From IMG/VR virus record IMGVR_UViG_3300033475_000008, positions 27,441-91,440 of that record: a stretch of 64,000 nucleotides of DNA; one strand, given 5' to 3'. Below are positions 46,241-55,013 of the stretch, in pieces. The DNA is from a virus. The position numbers and the translations under genes are program-made. The first letter of the stretch is position 1; each line of letters begins with the position of its first letter. The notes beneath the pieces were generated by a model. The model was not told the DNA's origin and ran no database searches. It saw nothing but the letters and a program-made list of their open reading frames with translations.

Positions 46241-46606
46241 TCACGGTTGAGCGACCTGGTTGACCACGAACCCACCGTACACCCAGCACGTGGCCAGTGC
46301 CGGGTCAGTGGGATCTGCCCAGAGAGCGTGAGCGTAGACAGCTCGCTGAGTCAGCGTCGCCGTGGCTGCCGGGTAGAGGGTGACCGTGACCGTAGACGCG
46401 TTGAGGTCCACGGTCACGACGCCCTGAGCGTTGGGGGTCTCGTTGACGGTGATGACCGCGGCACTGCTGAGGTCACTGGCATCTCGTCGGACCACGTACT
46501 CCCAGGTCAAGCCGGTGAGCGGGTAGAGCGACCCGTCCGTGTCCTCCAAGGTGAAGACGGCGGTGTTGCTACTCCCGCTCTGGATCGTCCAGTTGACCTG
46601 ACCCAC
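46241..46606 (-). CDS. Ig-like / BppU-N-like protein
   Basis: IQSG...FTL.D.DG...LTG...GVVTV...L.P..TA.L pattern. Confidence 0.55.
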   Translation of the reverse strand: MGQVNWTIQSGSSNTAVFTLEDTDGSLYPLTGLTWEYVVRRDASDLSSAAVITVNETPNAQGVVTVDLNASTVTVTLYPAATATLTQRAVYAHALWADPTDPALATCWVYGGFVVNQVAQP

Positions 46607-46614
46607 TGACTCCC

Positions 46615-46776
46615 CTAGATGCTGGCGTTGAACTGAGCGACGACGACTCGTTGAGTCTCGTCGACAGGGAGCACGTGCTGCAGCTGCCCCGTGATGACCT
46701 CGACGCCCTGGCTGGCCACGAGGGCCAGGTCCAGGGAGCGGTTGTCGGTGACGCCCTTGACGACGGTGTCCTTCAC
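46615..46776 (-). CDS. FxSxx-COOH (FxsA-like) RiPP-precursor-like peptide 2
   Basis: MKDTVVKGVTDNRSLDLALVASQG...LQHVLPV...VAQFNASI*. Confidence 0.6.
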   Translation of the reverse strand: MKDTVVKGVTDNRSLDLALVASQGVEVITGQLQHVLPVDETQRVVVAQFNASI

Positions 46777-46800
46777 TCTTCTCTTCTTTCTCTCAGTCAC

Positions 46801-46965
46801 TCAGATGCTGGACCCGAAGGCGCACACTGGAAGGTGCACGTCCTCGACGGGAAGAACACGCCGTAGTGAGGTCCAGTCACCGCGCTGAGCGAGCTCAGTG
46901 AGGGTAAGCGGAGCGGTGTCAGTGACACCCTTCACGACGACTGGTGTCGGCAGTTGCGAGTCCAT
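46801..46965 (-). CDS. FxSxx-COOH (FxsA-like) RiPP-precursor-like peptide 1 (absent from the ORF track)
   Basis: MDSQLPTPVVVKGVTDTAPLTLTELAQRGDWTSLRRVLPVEDVHLPVCAFGSSI*. Confidence 0.65.
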   Translation of the reverse strand: MDSQLPTPVVVKGVTDTAPLTLTELAQRGDWTSLRRVLPVEDVHLPVCAFGSSI

Positions 46966-46968
46966 GAG

Positions 46969-47181
46969 TCAGTCTACCTCTTTGCCAGTAGGGTTGGCAG
47001 GTGCCCCAACCAGGGCTGCCTCAGCGGCAGTTACGCTGGTCCGAGTGACCTCAGCCAGCTGGTTGACGGCCTGGCTGAGTCGCTGGTAGGCCAAGCGCTG
47101 TTGTTCAAACGTGGGAGCGATGCTGTGCCGGTGAAACGCCCACACCACCTCTACAGCACGACGCCTCTCTTCATCATTCAC
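46969..47181 (-). CDS. Hypothetical protein
   Basis: Coupled in operon. Confidence 0.5.
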   Translation of the reverse strand: MNDEERRRAVEVVWAFHRHSIAPTFEQQRLAYQRLSQAVNQLAEVTRTSVTAAEAALVGAPANPTGKEVD

Positions 47182-47330
47182 GGCTTTCGCATCCCGAAAC
47201 CGAAGGGCTTGGGTGCCGCACCGGGTTCTGGCTTCCGAGTCACGATGGTGGTCGTGACCTCTTGCACCAGGTTGCCGTGGTCGTCGTACTCTCGGTACGT
47301 GGTCTCGGTCTTGGTGATCTCGTCAGGCAT
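47178..47330 (-). CDS. 50-aa peptide (absent from the ORF track)
   Basis: GGAGG RBS; MPDEITKTETTYREYDDHGNL...PKPFGFGMRKP*. Confidence 0.55.
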   Translation of the reverse strand: MPDEITKTETTYREYDDHGNLVQEVTTTIVTRKPEPGAAPKPFGFGMRKP

Positions 47331-48039
47331 CGATGCCTCCTCTCGTGATCAAATTGCGGAGTCGCTGACCCGTGCTGGGTGGGTCCTCGTCTGGTGACGT
47401 GTAGTCAGGGTCATCTCGTGGCGAGACACTCAGCTCTCGACATCGTGAGTCAGCTTGTGCTGCCACGTGATCGTGTTGGAGTCGAGTGATCTCACCTTGG
47501 GCGAAGGCGATGTGGCAGTCAGAGAGGATCTTTGTCACGTCATTCAGCTTGGTGGCTCTCTCCAGTTGGTTTGTCAGTGACGTGTACCACCCTGTCGGGT
47601 CAAAGTGAAGTGGTGGGTTACCGTCAGCGTCATAGCCCAGTTTGAAGAGCTCCCGGTGAAGTTCTCTCGCTGCCTCTGCTCGGTTGCCACCGTGGATCAC
47701 GATCCCAGTGGGGTGGTGTCTTACCGAGTAGGTGGCTTGTCGGGTGAGTGAACTGGTCTCCATGGACCAGGTGACGTGTTCCGCAGGCAGCCTCAATCGA
47801 GGCAGTTGATCCTCCACTGGCTTCGGTGGGGGTGGCACGTAGGGAGCCACGTGGAACCACGTGACCCGCTCTCGAGGGATCGCCAGTTGAGTGTCGTCAC
47901 TTCCTGTGACCACCAACCACGCGGCACCCAACTCATGCCGGACACCCTGCACGACGGTCTGCGTGATGCGACCGTTGCTCTCGTGTTTGATCGTGTACTC
48001 GTAGACTTTAGACAGTGGGCCCAGGTACATCAAACTCAC
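47323..48039 (-). CDS. Hypothetical protein
   Basis: Coupled in operon. Confidence 0.55.
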   Translation of the reverse strand: MSLMYLGPLSKVYEYTIKHESNGRITQTVVQGVRHELGAAWLVVTGSDDTQLAIPRERVTWFHVAPYVPPPPKPVEDQLPRLRLPAEHVTWSMETSSLTRQATYSVRHHPTGIVIHGGNRAEAARELHRELFKLGYDADGNPPLHFDPTGWYTSLTNQLERATKLNDVTKILSDCHIAFAQGEITRLQHDHVAAQADSRCRELSVSPRDDPDYTSPDEDPPSTGQRLRNLITRGGIDA

Positions 48040-48229
48040 CTGCCTTCACGCCCTGCAGAAAAGTCTCCCACTCTGCCGAGGTGAACTCCAACACGGGACC
48101 GTGGTGTGTACCACCGGGGCTCGTGTACTTACCGTCACGGACCTGCACACCCAGTTGAGTCACGCGGACCTCCACACAAGTCGCAGCGTTTGGGCAGGTG
48201 CTGGCAGCGCGCCACTCCTCAGTCGTCAT
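48008..48229 (-). CDS. DUF397 (BldB-like) protein
   Basis: WRAAS.C...CVEV...VRDGK...PVLEF...EW..FL.GVKAGEFD. Confidence 0.85.
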   Translation of the reverse strand: MTTEEWRAASTCPNAATCVEVRVTQLGVQVRDGKYTSPGGTHHGPVLEFTSAEWETFLQGVKAGEFDVPGPTV

Positions 48230-48629
48230 CCTCGTCCTCGTCTTGAAGGTCACCGCTGTGGTAGAGAGGCGGTTCCTCTTCTGTGACACAGAGTCGCTGA
48301 CGCAGCCGATCAATGATCTTGTCGACCTCGGCGTCAGGGAGCACGGCGTTGCCGTGGAACTCAAAGGTGACCACGTCACCCTGCTCGATCCGCAGTCGAG
48401 TACGCAGCTCTTCCACCAAGTCACCCAGGCGTTGAACCTCAGTCTCCAACCAGCGGTTGTTGTCTAAGGCGCGACTGAGCTCAGCGACTGAGTTCTCGTG
48501 CTCAGCGACCGCGCCCTTGAGGTCGCTCTGCCGAATGATGGTCATGGGCTGCCCAAAGCCGTGACCCATCTGCGTCTCGTCGTTAGCCAGGTTCCGGAGT
48601 CGTTGGTGGTAGTCGACCGGGTCAGTCAC
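48219..48629 (-). CDS. Coiled-coil hypothetical protein
   Basis: GGAGG RBS. Confidence 0.55.
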   Translation of the reverse strand: MTDPVDYHQRLRNLANDETQMGHGFGQPMTIIRQSDLKGAVAEHENSVAELSRALDNNRWLETEVQRLGDLVEELRTRLRIEQGDVVTFEFHGNAVLPDAEVDKIIDRLRQRLCVTEEEPPLYHSGDLQDEDEDDD

Positions 48630-48812
48630 GTCTTGTCCTCCAGGAGGTAGGTTCCCATGGCGGTGCGCTTGACACCTAGTTGCTCCTTGAGGTCACTGAG
48701 CTCACCCTCATGACTGATGATCAAAGCTGCCTGCTCGTCGGTGAGTTCCTTGAGGAACCACAGGAACATGAGCTCCTCGTAGAGCCAAACGAGGCGCAAC
48801 CACGCCTCCTGG

Positions 48813-49064
48813 TCACTGGGCACGGTACACGTTCTCCGCCCACTGGTAGCCGCAGTTGACACAGGTGCGCTCCTGGAACTCCGTGACGTTCTCGTCGAGG
48901 CCGTAGCTCTCCCTGAGGAGCAACAGGTAGTGGTTGCCCCACTTGTCGATCTCGTCCTCGTTCTCACGAGGGGTGAGGTCCCGATACGTGGTCTTCTGTC
49001 GATCCAGGACCCCGCACTTCACGCAGCGACACGCCACACCGCTGTATGCCTTCAGTTCATTCAC
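48813..49064 (-). CDS. Zinc-ribbon protein
   Basis: CVKCG...CVNCGYQW. Confidence 0.6.
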   Translation of the reverse strand: MNELKAYSGVACRCVKCGVLDRQKTTYRDLTPRENEDEIDKWGNHYLLLLRESYGLDENVTEFQERTCVNCGYQWAENVYRAQ

Positions 49065-49429
49065 TGTTCATCCTCCACGTCGTCATCTCTTCTTCTCCAC
49101 GTCACGTCAAGCGGTGGCACGTCAGGGTCCACGTTCTCTCGGGCCAGTGACACACTGACCACGTTGCCGTGGTCGAGTGGATGAGTGACCCCCAGTGCCG
49201 CGTAGCGATGATCCTTCAACCACGTGGCACTCACCTCCACGGAGTCGATCAACATCCCCGTGACCAGGATCGCACCACCTTCACCCCGACTCAATGTGGC
49301 TCGGCCCACGACTTGTCCAAAGTTCACCGTGAGAGGGACCGCACCTTCTGGCAGTGTCCACTCCTGGTCACCAGGGTGTGATCCTGGGAGGTGCGCCACC
49401 CCCTGGAAGGTGACCTCGTCCTCGTTCAC
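49061..49429 (-). CDS. Hypothetical protein
   Basis: Coupled in operon. Confidence 0.5.
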   Translation of the reverse strand: MNEDEVTFQGVAHLPGSHPGDQEWTLPEGAVPLTVNFGQVVGRATLSRGEGGAILVTGMLIDSVEVSATWLKDHRYAALGVTHPLDHGNVVSVSLARENVDPDVPPLDVTWRRRDDDVEDEQ

Positions 49430-49935
49430 TCGTCTTCCTCTGGGTCACCGAACGTCTCAGCAAGCTGAGCTGCTGCCTCACCCCAGTAGCAGAGGGCGTG
49501 GAATCGCAGACCGTGTGACGCGGCGATCTCGTCTAGCTCCGTCAGCGAGTCAACGTCAACCGTCAACTCGTCAAGTGGGTCCATGTTGACCAGGAACGGT
49601 TGAAGCTCCTCATAGATGTGACAACACACCAGCTCACCGCGGATCTGAGCTGCGATGCCCTGCCGTTGCTCGTCGAGAAGCTGCTTTTTACTGGGACCAT
49701 TGGGCAAGATCTGAATCCGATGCTTCCACGCCGGGTCACTGACGATCGCGTTCAACTCCTCCTGAGCAACTTGGAGCTCCTCAGCGCTGACGTTGCCGAC
49801 GTAGTTGAACTCCGTGAGTCGGCCCTCAGCGTTGAAGCCAGGTTCCAGCCTGCCGGTACCGATGACGTTGCCGTCCTTGTCTGTGATCTGCGCTGAGCCG
49901 CCCCAGTTGACTGGAGCGTCTCTGTCACTCGCCAT
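49426..49935 (-). CDS. Hypothetical protein
   Basis: GAGGAGG RBS. Confidence 0.55.
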   Translation of the reverse strand: MASDRDAPVNWGGSAQITDKDGNVIGTGRLEPGFNAEGRLTEFNYVGNVSAEELQVAQEELNAIVSDPAWKHRIQILPNGPSKKQLLDEQRQGIAAQIRGELVCCHIYEELQPFLVNMDPLDELTVDVDSLTELDEIAASHGLRFHALCYWGEAAAQLAETFGDPEEDE

Positions 49936-50141
49936 ACTGGCTTCCTCCTCTTCCGATGTTGCGCAGCCCGGTCAGATACAGCGCCATCTCACGAGTATGG
50001 CAGGTGGCGATGTCCACCACCTCGTTGTCAACCACGGCCACCACGTCCCAACCAGCAACACTGCGCTGGATGCGCCAGGGCTCAGAGCTGACTACCGCGT
50101 CTCGCGAGTTCTCGTTCAAGTGCTCCAGATACTCCGTGTAA

Positions 50142-50387
50142 TCACTCGCCATGGTGACTCGCTTTCTCGATAGCTTGGAACACGCCGCAGGGCCAGGTGT
50201 CCCAGCACGGTACACATGTCAGCCCACTGGAACGTGACTCATCCAGGTCAGGCTGGTGCTCCTGCAGCAGGTCTCGGACCGCGACCAGGGCAAACGCCTC
50301 CACGGAGGCAGGGTCTCCCTCAAGCAGTTGGGTCTTCACCAGGTTGAGCAGCATCTGGTGATCTGCCTGTGCCTCTGACAGATGCAC
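50142..50387 (-). CDS. Hypothetical protein with H..C..C...WPC motif
   Basis: Motif common in actinophage small genes. Confidence 0.55.
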   Translation of the reverse strand: MHLSEAQADHQMLLNLVKTQLLEGDPASVEAFALVAVRDLLQEHQPDLDESRSSGLTCVPCWDTWPCGVFQAIEKASHHGE

Positions 50388-50552
50388 ACGTGCCTCCGAA
50401 ACGAGTCAGGACTGACGCATACTGCCTTGCCCAGAGGCAGACCGGTGATGGGTGAGAACGGACCGTGACCGCAGGTGTCATCGACCACGACGTCTGCCAA
50501 GAGCTCCTTGTCACGAGGCATCACACCAAAATGACAGTTCATCTCCTCTCGC

Positions 50553-51005
50553 TCAACAGAGGAGGTCATCAACCACAGCGTCTTGAGTCGAGAACTCACC
50601 TGGTCCACTCGTCACCCTGCCCTGCTGGTAGTAGGCTGCCTGGTACTCGGCGTGGTTGACCCGACACTTGAGGCACCGGCAACTGTAGTAGTTGTAGCCG
50701 TTGAGAGTGCCGTGGACCCGCTCCGGGACCGGCTCACTCTGAAGCGTCTCACGGCGCTCCCGCTGCTGCTTGGCGTGTGCCGCCTTGCACACCTCACAGC
50801 GACACAGGTAGTTGGTGTAGCCATTGAGACCGTGCTCGATCCTCTCACCGGCTCGCAGTCGGGCAGCCCGTCGCTCTGTCGCGTCCCTCTTCGCGGTAGT
50901 GGCGGCACCAGTGCAGGCAGCGCAACGGCACCCATGGTTCGTGTAGCCACCATGGGTGCCGTGGAACGCGCCATCCAGGGGGAGGGCGACGTACCGGTCT
51001 GTCAC
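50553..51005 (-). CDS. Protein with three HG(T/L)xxGYxxxxCRCxxC repeats
   Basis: Repeats visible in the translation. Confidence 0.7.
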   Translation of the reverse strand: MTDRYVALPLDGAFHGTHGGYTNHGCRCAACTGAATTAKRDATERRAARLRAGERIEHGLNGYTNYLCRCEVCKAAHAKQQRERRETLQSEPVPERVHGTLNGYNYYSCRCLKCRVNHAEYQAAYYQQGRVTSGPGEFSTQDAVVDDLLC

Positions 51006-51466
51006 GTTGGTTGCCTCTCTGGCCACCATCCCGGGACCAGGGTGACGTGGGCCCCAGTGGGCCGCCACACCTGGTCAGCCAACGTAGGTTGGTCCTCCCA
51101 GACCGTGACCACGTCGTAAGCTCGCTGGATCTCGGTGAGGATCTCTTGCTTGACCACCACGTCGGGACGGTAGTCGTCGTCTCGTCGCATCCACAGGGCG
51201 GTCCAGGGGACAGCGAAGCGCTCCAGCCACTGACTGGTCAACCCGCGCCACCGGTCCATCCGAGCCGTGACCACGAGAACGACTCGACCCCGCCTGGCCT
51301 GCTCGTGAGCTGCCTCTACCACCCAGCGGTGACAGGGACAACCCGCGGAGAGGCGGTGGAACTCGTCAAACTGCCGTGGCTTGACCGTCCCGTCTACCAG
51401 GTAGCGGATGGTGGACACGTCACACAGGGTGCCGTCCACGTCAAAGATCGCGGCTTGTGGTCTCAC
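51002..51466 (-). CDS. HAD phosphatase (T4 Pnk 3'-phosphatase-like)
   Basis: AIFDVDGTL, VTAR, LWMR..DDYRPD..VK, WED. Confidence 0.85.
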   Translation of the reverse strand: MRPQAAIFDVDGTLCDVSTIRYLVDGTVKPRQFDEFHRLSAGCPCHRWVVEAAHEQARRGRVVLVVTARMDRWRGLTSQWLERFAVPWTALWMRRDDDYRPDVVVKQEILTEIQRAYDVVTVWEDQPTLADQVWRPTGAHVTLVPGWWPERQPT

Positions 51467-51801
51467 GAGTTCACCGCGATCAGGACCAGCGTCACCACGA
51501 GGATGACCAGGAGGAAACCGAGCATGGTCATCGTGCTGCGCAGCTCGCGCTTCTCGTCTTGACTGAGGGTGCGCTTCTTCACCTGCTGCTCACCACCACG
51601 ATGATGATGAGTACGCACCAGGCCATCAGTGCCACGTGGTCCCGGACCCTCATCACTTGTTCACCGCCCACAGCAGCCACAGCAGGGCGAGCAGCGGCAG
51701 CCCCAGCTTGATGAACAACGCGAAGCTGGAGGCGTTCGCCTCCCGCTTGAGCCGCCGGATCGTCTCAGTCTGCTCTCGGGCCGCGACTCTCTCCCACGCC
51801 T

Positions 51802-52032
51802 TCACTCTGACCACCGCCGAGCCGCGTTCTCCAGAGCGGAGACCACGACCACGTCACCGCTGAACCGCTCCTGAGACTCGTCCCACGTGTCCCAGTCCTC
51901 GCTCATCAGGTTCGCGGCCAGGGTCTCCAGGATGGAGACCGCCGCCTGGTGGGTCATCCACTTCCCAGCCACCTCGGCGACGACCTTCTCCGCTACCGGG
52001 TCGAAGATCTCGTTGGCACTGTTCCAACCCAT
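51802..52032 (-). CDS. Hypothetical protein
   Basis: Promoter at 52096-52068 and GAGGAG RBS; MGW start, EDWDT motif. Confidence 0.7.
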   Translation of the reverse strand: MGWNSANEIFDPVAEKVVAEVAGKWMTHQAAVSILETLAANLMSEDWDTWDESQERFSGDVVVVSALENAARRWSE

Positions 52033-52099
52033 CTCACTCACTCTCCTCTCACTCAACTTCTATCGCTAACCTACCACTCACCGGTCACGGTGTAAACGG

Positions 52100-52567
52100 T
52101 CACAGAGTCGCGACTGCCGGCTTGCGCTTCTTCTCTCGCATCGCGCGGTTGCAGCAGTCTCGGCACCGGGACCGGCGACCGTCTATCCGGGACCGGTCCA
52201 CGTGGAACTCAGGCCAGGGCTTCCACACCTCGCACTCCCGGCACACCTTCCCGTCCTCTGCCCGGCCGGCGCTTGCCTCAGGCCAGGGAGAGGGCTCGGT
52301 GCTGGCTACCCTGTCAGAAATCATCGGCGGTCGCACGGTGTCACTCTCAGCCTCCTTCACCCGCTCCTGAGCCGCGGCAGGGGCTGCCTTCTTCACCGGT
52401 GCCGGCTGTCGCCTCTCCACCCTCAGCGCTGCCGCTGAGACCGCCGTCGCGTACTGGTCCGCGGCTGTCAGGAGCTGGTCCACGAGCTGCGCGCTGCCGC
52501 GCCACTCGGTCAGCTCCCAGATCTGCTGCTCCAGTCGCTCCCGGGCTGAGTCACTGGCTGTCGTCAT
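52100..52567 (-). CDS. Protein with C-terminal zinc finger
   Basis: CREC..WKP..EF....DG..SRCRDC. Confidence 0.65.
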   Translation of the reverse strand: MTTASDSARERLEQQIWELTEWRGSAQLVDQLLTAADQYATAVSAAALRVERRQPAPVKKAAPAAAQERVKEAESDTVRPPMISDRVASTEPSPWPEASAGRAEDGKVCRECEVWKPWPEFHVDRSRIDGRRSRCRDCCNRAMREKKRKPAVATL

Positions 52568-53154
52568 CTCACTCTCCTCGATGAGGCGCGGCGACTGGAC
52601 GGGGACCCACTCACCCGCCAGCCGCCGCTGAGTGCCAGAGGGGGGACACTGGCACCTGTGTACATTCTACCAGATCAACGACTACCTGGTCAGTGCCGGT
52701 AGGTGTAGTTCCAGATCTCCTCCAGGCACTCACCCCAGCCGTTGACCGGTCCGCCGCAGTGCGGGCAGTGCCGGGAGACCGCCAGGGCCTCTGCTTCTCG
52801 AGCCGCCTCGATCCGCTGTCTCGTCTCCCACGCCGCCTCGAGGATCGACTCCCGGATCGCCTCACGGACCGTCTCTGGCGTCTCCATCGCTCTGACGGTG
52901 GTTTCTTGGTTGATCAAAGCGAGGTAGTCCACGGTCACCGCCTCAAGCGGCACCGCCTCCGTCCTCACCGGCTGAACCTCACTCAGCATCTCTCTCCACC
53001 TCTTCCGCCTCTCCCGCCACTCTCGCCACCGTCGGCTCTCGTCACCCACCGCTCTCTCCTCTCACTCGTCTCACTTCTCGTGGACACTCTACCACCCCTC
53101 ACCACCGCTGCCAGCGACGACGCGCCAGCGCGCAAGTGGAACCGGTTCCAGTGT

Positions 53155-53490
53155 TGTTGACCATGATCTCTCTGCCTAAGAAACCATGGTCAACTACTGA
53201 CTGAGTTACATGGGTTACGTTAGCTTACCATCCGTGCTACTAGACTACACTTGATCTTCCTTTCTAGGACAAACTAGGACATCCTCCTCTCTCTCTACCG
53301 TATAGAGTCTTTGTGCCTGTTTTGATGTAACCTCATGTAACATGTAACACCACCTCACAAAACTAATGGTAGACTATAGCAAACCATGATCAACTTTCCG
53401 TTACATCGTCATCGTTGAGATGTAACGAGAGACGTAACTTTGCTGTCCACATCGTGGACAGCACGAGAGCGGTTACATCTGACGTAACTG
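53155..53490. repeat. Iteron-like repeat region, putative replication origin
   Basis: About 10 GTTAC/GTAAC copies; AAACCATGRTCAACT at 53181 and 53381; AT-rich and non-coding. Confidence 0.6.
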
Positions 53491-53492
53491 CC

Positions 53493-55013
53493 TCACGGGG
53501 CCTCACTCGGCGGGTTCACCGGGACCCACGGCGAGGCCGGAAGAAACCCACCCAACTGCTCGATGTCCAGCCTCGCCCCCAGCCAACCCCGCTGGACTCG
53601 AGACTCAGACGTCCCGTCAGCGGTGGTCCTTCTGGCTCGCAGCGGCTTGGCTCTCACGTAGCCCAGGGACCGCAGCGCCTTCCCTACCACCCGGCCGTCA
53701 TCTGGCTTGTGGCCGTTCGACTTACACCACGCCTCGTAGGCCTGGATCACTGCCTCGTTCGCCAACCAGTCACCCTGGTCACCAGTCTTCACCAGACACA
53801 GCGACGTGAACTGCTGCAGCACGTCCTCGTCGTCCCGGTAGTCGGCCACGGAGTCAGCCACGACCTGCGGGTCTACCAGACCCTCCAACTTCAGGTACTC
53901 TGCCAACCCCAGCAGGCACCAGTTCAAGATCCCCGGTCCCTCCTTCTCCACCAGCAGTCGAGCGTAGTCCTTCACTCGTTGGTCAGCTGGCACGGCCACC
54001 TTGAAGTCCAGCATCTTCATGCGTCGCCACACCCCGTCTGCCCCTGACCCGCCGATCCGGGGCAACAGGTTGCTGGTCAAGACAAACTTGCAGTTCAACG
54101 GCACGTTCACGAAGTCCTGCCGCATCCGTCGCCCCTGGATCGACGACGAGCCAGTGAACTGGTTCAACCGAGCCGCGTCGATCTGTCGAGTCCGAGACAA
54201 CTCATCGTGCACCACCAATCGCTTCCCCAGCAGGTCCACCACGTTGGTGGGGTGCCCCGACTTGTACAGCAGGTCGTCATCAGCGACGTGGCCGTACTCA
54301 CCCAGCAGCCGCAGCAGCACCTCACACAGCGTGGACTTGCTGGCACCTGGCACCCCGAACAGGAAGAAGAACGCCTGCTCTGCTGTGGAACCGGTGAGAC
54401 AGTACCCGAACACCCGACGAAGGTAACCAGCTACCGTCGGGTCAGGCAAGGCAGACGCTACCACTTCCTGGAACTCCGGGCACTGAGCCCCGGGCTCAAA
54501 CCGGACCGCGGCCTCTCTGGTGTGTCCGTCTTCTCGTCGTGACTCCCGCAACTCACCGGTTCGCAGGTCCACGGTCCCGTTCTTGACCCGGAGAGCCCAG
54601 TGGTCCTGGTCCAGTTGAGTCGTGACCCGGGACACGCTGGGGTGAGTACTGCTGAGAGCCAGCATCTCTTGTCGACCCCGCAGAGAGGCAGTTCGACCGT
54701 GGTGGTTTCCCAGGGCAGTGATGACTCGCTGTGGGGTGTTCTCGTCGGCTGCCGCGGCCTGCCATGCCGCGTAGGTCTGGTAACCCACGGCCTCAGTGAG
54801 GTGCAAGACCTCGTCTCGCTCATCCAGTCGCCACACTCCGTCCCGCCACAGGTACCAACCGACCCCGGCGACATGTCTGACCTGGTCTCGGTAGAGGTTG
54901 AGGAAGCGGTGAGCGTTTCCAGTGCCGGTGAGCTCATGAGAGAGGTCTACCGGTGCCGGGTCACCCAGTGCTGCTGCTGCATCTTGCAGGTCATCGTGTG
55001 TCTGGTCACTCAC
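53493..55013 (-). CDS. P4/D5-family SF3 helicase (primase-associated)
   Basis: D5_N region, GVPGASKST Walker A-like, RLVVHDE, GVWRR. Confidence 0.9.
   Translation of the reverse strand: MSDQTHDDLQDAAAALGDPAPVDLSHELTGTGNAHRFLNLYRDQVRHVAGVGWYLWRDGVWRLDERDEVLHLTEAVGYQTYAAWQAAAADENTPQRVITALGNHHGRTASLRGRQEMLALSSTHPSVSRVTTQLDQDHWALRVKNGTVDLRTGELRESRREDGHTREAAVRFEPGAQCPEFQEVVASALPDPTVAGYLRRVFGYCLTGSTAEQAFFFLFGVPGASKSTLCEVLLRLLGEYGHVADDDLLYKSGHPTNVVDLLGKRLVVHDELSRTRQIDAARLNQFTGSSSIQGRRMRQDFVNVPLNCKFVLTSNLLPRIGGSGADGVWRRMKMLDFKVAVPADQRVKDYARLLVEKEGPGILNWCLLGLAEYLKLEGLVDPQVVADSVADYRDDEDVLQQFTSLCLVKTGDQGDWLANEAVIQAYEAWCKSNGHKPDDGRVVGKALRSLGYVRAKPLRARRTTADGTSESRVQRGWLGARLDIEQLGGFLPASPWVPVNPPSEAP

Noticed and set aside
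52100-52567. HNH homing endonuclease
   Set aside because: Only the zinc-finger part is present; there is no HNH catalytic motif.
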